Assembly (NCBI GenBank): GCA_017427405.1
Contig: JAFRSV010000012.1
Span: forward strand, 5,103-69,102
DNA: 64,000 nucleotides
Direction of reading: 5' to 3'
Source of the DNA: Alphaproteobacteria bacterium
GTDB taxonomy: Bacteria; Pseudomonadota; Alphaproteobacteria; Rs-D84
This document shows, piece by piece, positions 63,216 to 64,000 of the stretch; positions within the stretch are counted from its first letter, which is position 1; every line of letters begins with the position of its first letter. The translations under genes and the position numbers were made by a program. A model generated the notes under the pieces. The model did not search any database, was not told where the DNA came from, and saw only the letters and a program-made list of their open reading frames with translations.

Positions 63216-63229
63216 AAGTAGAAAGTGTT

Positions 63230-63910
63230 ATGATGAATTTGAATTATCTTTTTGATGATATCCATGAAATGCAGGCATGTTGGGTTGAAGATTGCGCAAC
63301 CGATGCGGCGGATTTGGCGGCGGCGGCGGACATCGTGTTGGAAAGTGGTGTGTCGTTGATTTCGGTGCCTTGTGGGGCGGCGGGCGAGATTTGGCCGTGG
63401 ATTGAAAAAAATAATATCAAAATTGTGAATCGTTTCGATTTTGCCATTGATAAAGATGTGATTGATGCGGTGTCGGAATTGTCGCGGTCTGTGACCGGGG
63501 CGTTCAGGTCTGGCGCGGTCGGTGCCCAGGTTTTTGTTCGTGTGGCGGATTTGTTGCAATTTTGCGATGCGATGAAACCGGTGCGGAATGATTTGTTTTT
63601 TGATAAAAATTTTTCCGTTGCGATTGATATTGATGAAATGCGTGGTCAAAATTGGTCGGCGGTGTTTGATGCACTGCGCGAAATTGTGCCCGATGCGATT
63701 TTGATAACGGCGAAAGGTGATTCGTTTGATGCAAATTCTGATTTTGTTGGAATTGTTTTTGATATGCTAAATAATTGGAATTTGAAATCAGATTTGCATT
63801 TGTGGTTTGGAAAAAATATGTTTCGCGTAAGTCAGGTTTTACGCCTTTGTGAAAAAATTCAACCGGACTTGGTTCAAAATATGCGTGTGTTTACCGGCGT
63901 GAAAGGATAA
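63230..63910 (+). CDS. Hypothetical protein
   Basis: 226 aa ORF with normal composition, divergent from the four-gene operon. No motifs recognised. Confidence 0.5.
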   Translation: MMNLNYLFDDIHEMQACWVEDCATDAADLAAAADIVLESGVSLISVPCGAAGEIWPWIEKNNIKIVNRFDFAIDKDVIDAVSELSRSVTGAFRSGAVGAQVFVRVADLLQFCDAMKPVRNDLFFDKNFSVAIDIDEMRGQNWSAVFDALREIVPDAILITAKGDSFDANSDFVGIVFDMLNNWNLKSDLHLWFGKNMFRVSQVLRLCEKIQPDLVQNMRVFTGVKG

Positions 63911-64000
63911 TATATTTTGGTTCGGCGGTGCCGGCCATATTCTTTTTTTGATAACGCGTTTGGATAATGTCGTGTGCCAAATTCGTTTCGTAAAGGGTTG

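Overview
Gene-dense chromosomal segment with about 60 supportable CDS, many with overlapping or coupled stops and starts. It is probably from an alphaproteobacterium, because it carries GapR/DUF2312, an alpha-type AddB, DciA/DUF721 and an RHH_4 protein. A reduced or host-associated lifestyle is inference only. Most genes are housekeeping: def-fmt-truA, pyrG, pyk, rsmI, engB, xthA, mnmE, ruvA, yebC, ruvC, mltA, secB, recA, typA, serS, trxB, xerD, greA, mutL, yajC-secDF, ftsK, rarA, and ybeY plus lnt. I saw no rRNA, tRNA, CRISPR array, transposase or phage integrase. Non-housekeeping content: (1) Three secreted-protein genes are each preceded by a 200-250 nt structured leader. Each leader has a sigma70-like promoter, a short uORF starting at a conserved ATGGG, and three mutually exclusive helices ending in a terminator. 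The switch strands co-vary between copies, and I could not match the leaders to any riboswitch class I know. (2) A dense family of short palindromic repeats sits just after stop codons. In several genes (mnmE twice, ruvC, one secreted protein) a copy lies inside the reading frame without breaking it, as RPE elements do. (3) Three insertions are flanked by long direct repeats (41, 31 and about 80 nt) that duplicate a gene 3' end or post-stop element. One of them carries a minimal 222-aa CCA/poly(A)-polymerase-like nucleotidyltransferase. (4) A visibly AT-rich six-gene glycosyltransferase island lies between recA and typA. (5) A tightly coupled four-gene operon (membrane protein, unknown protein, SUKH/SMI1-like protein, RHH_4) sits behind a perfect 16-bp palindrome. 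(6) ybeY and lnt form one continuous reading frame. All homology calls come from motif recognition by eye. No searches were run.
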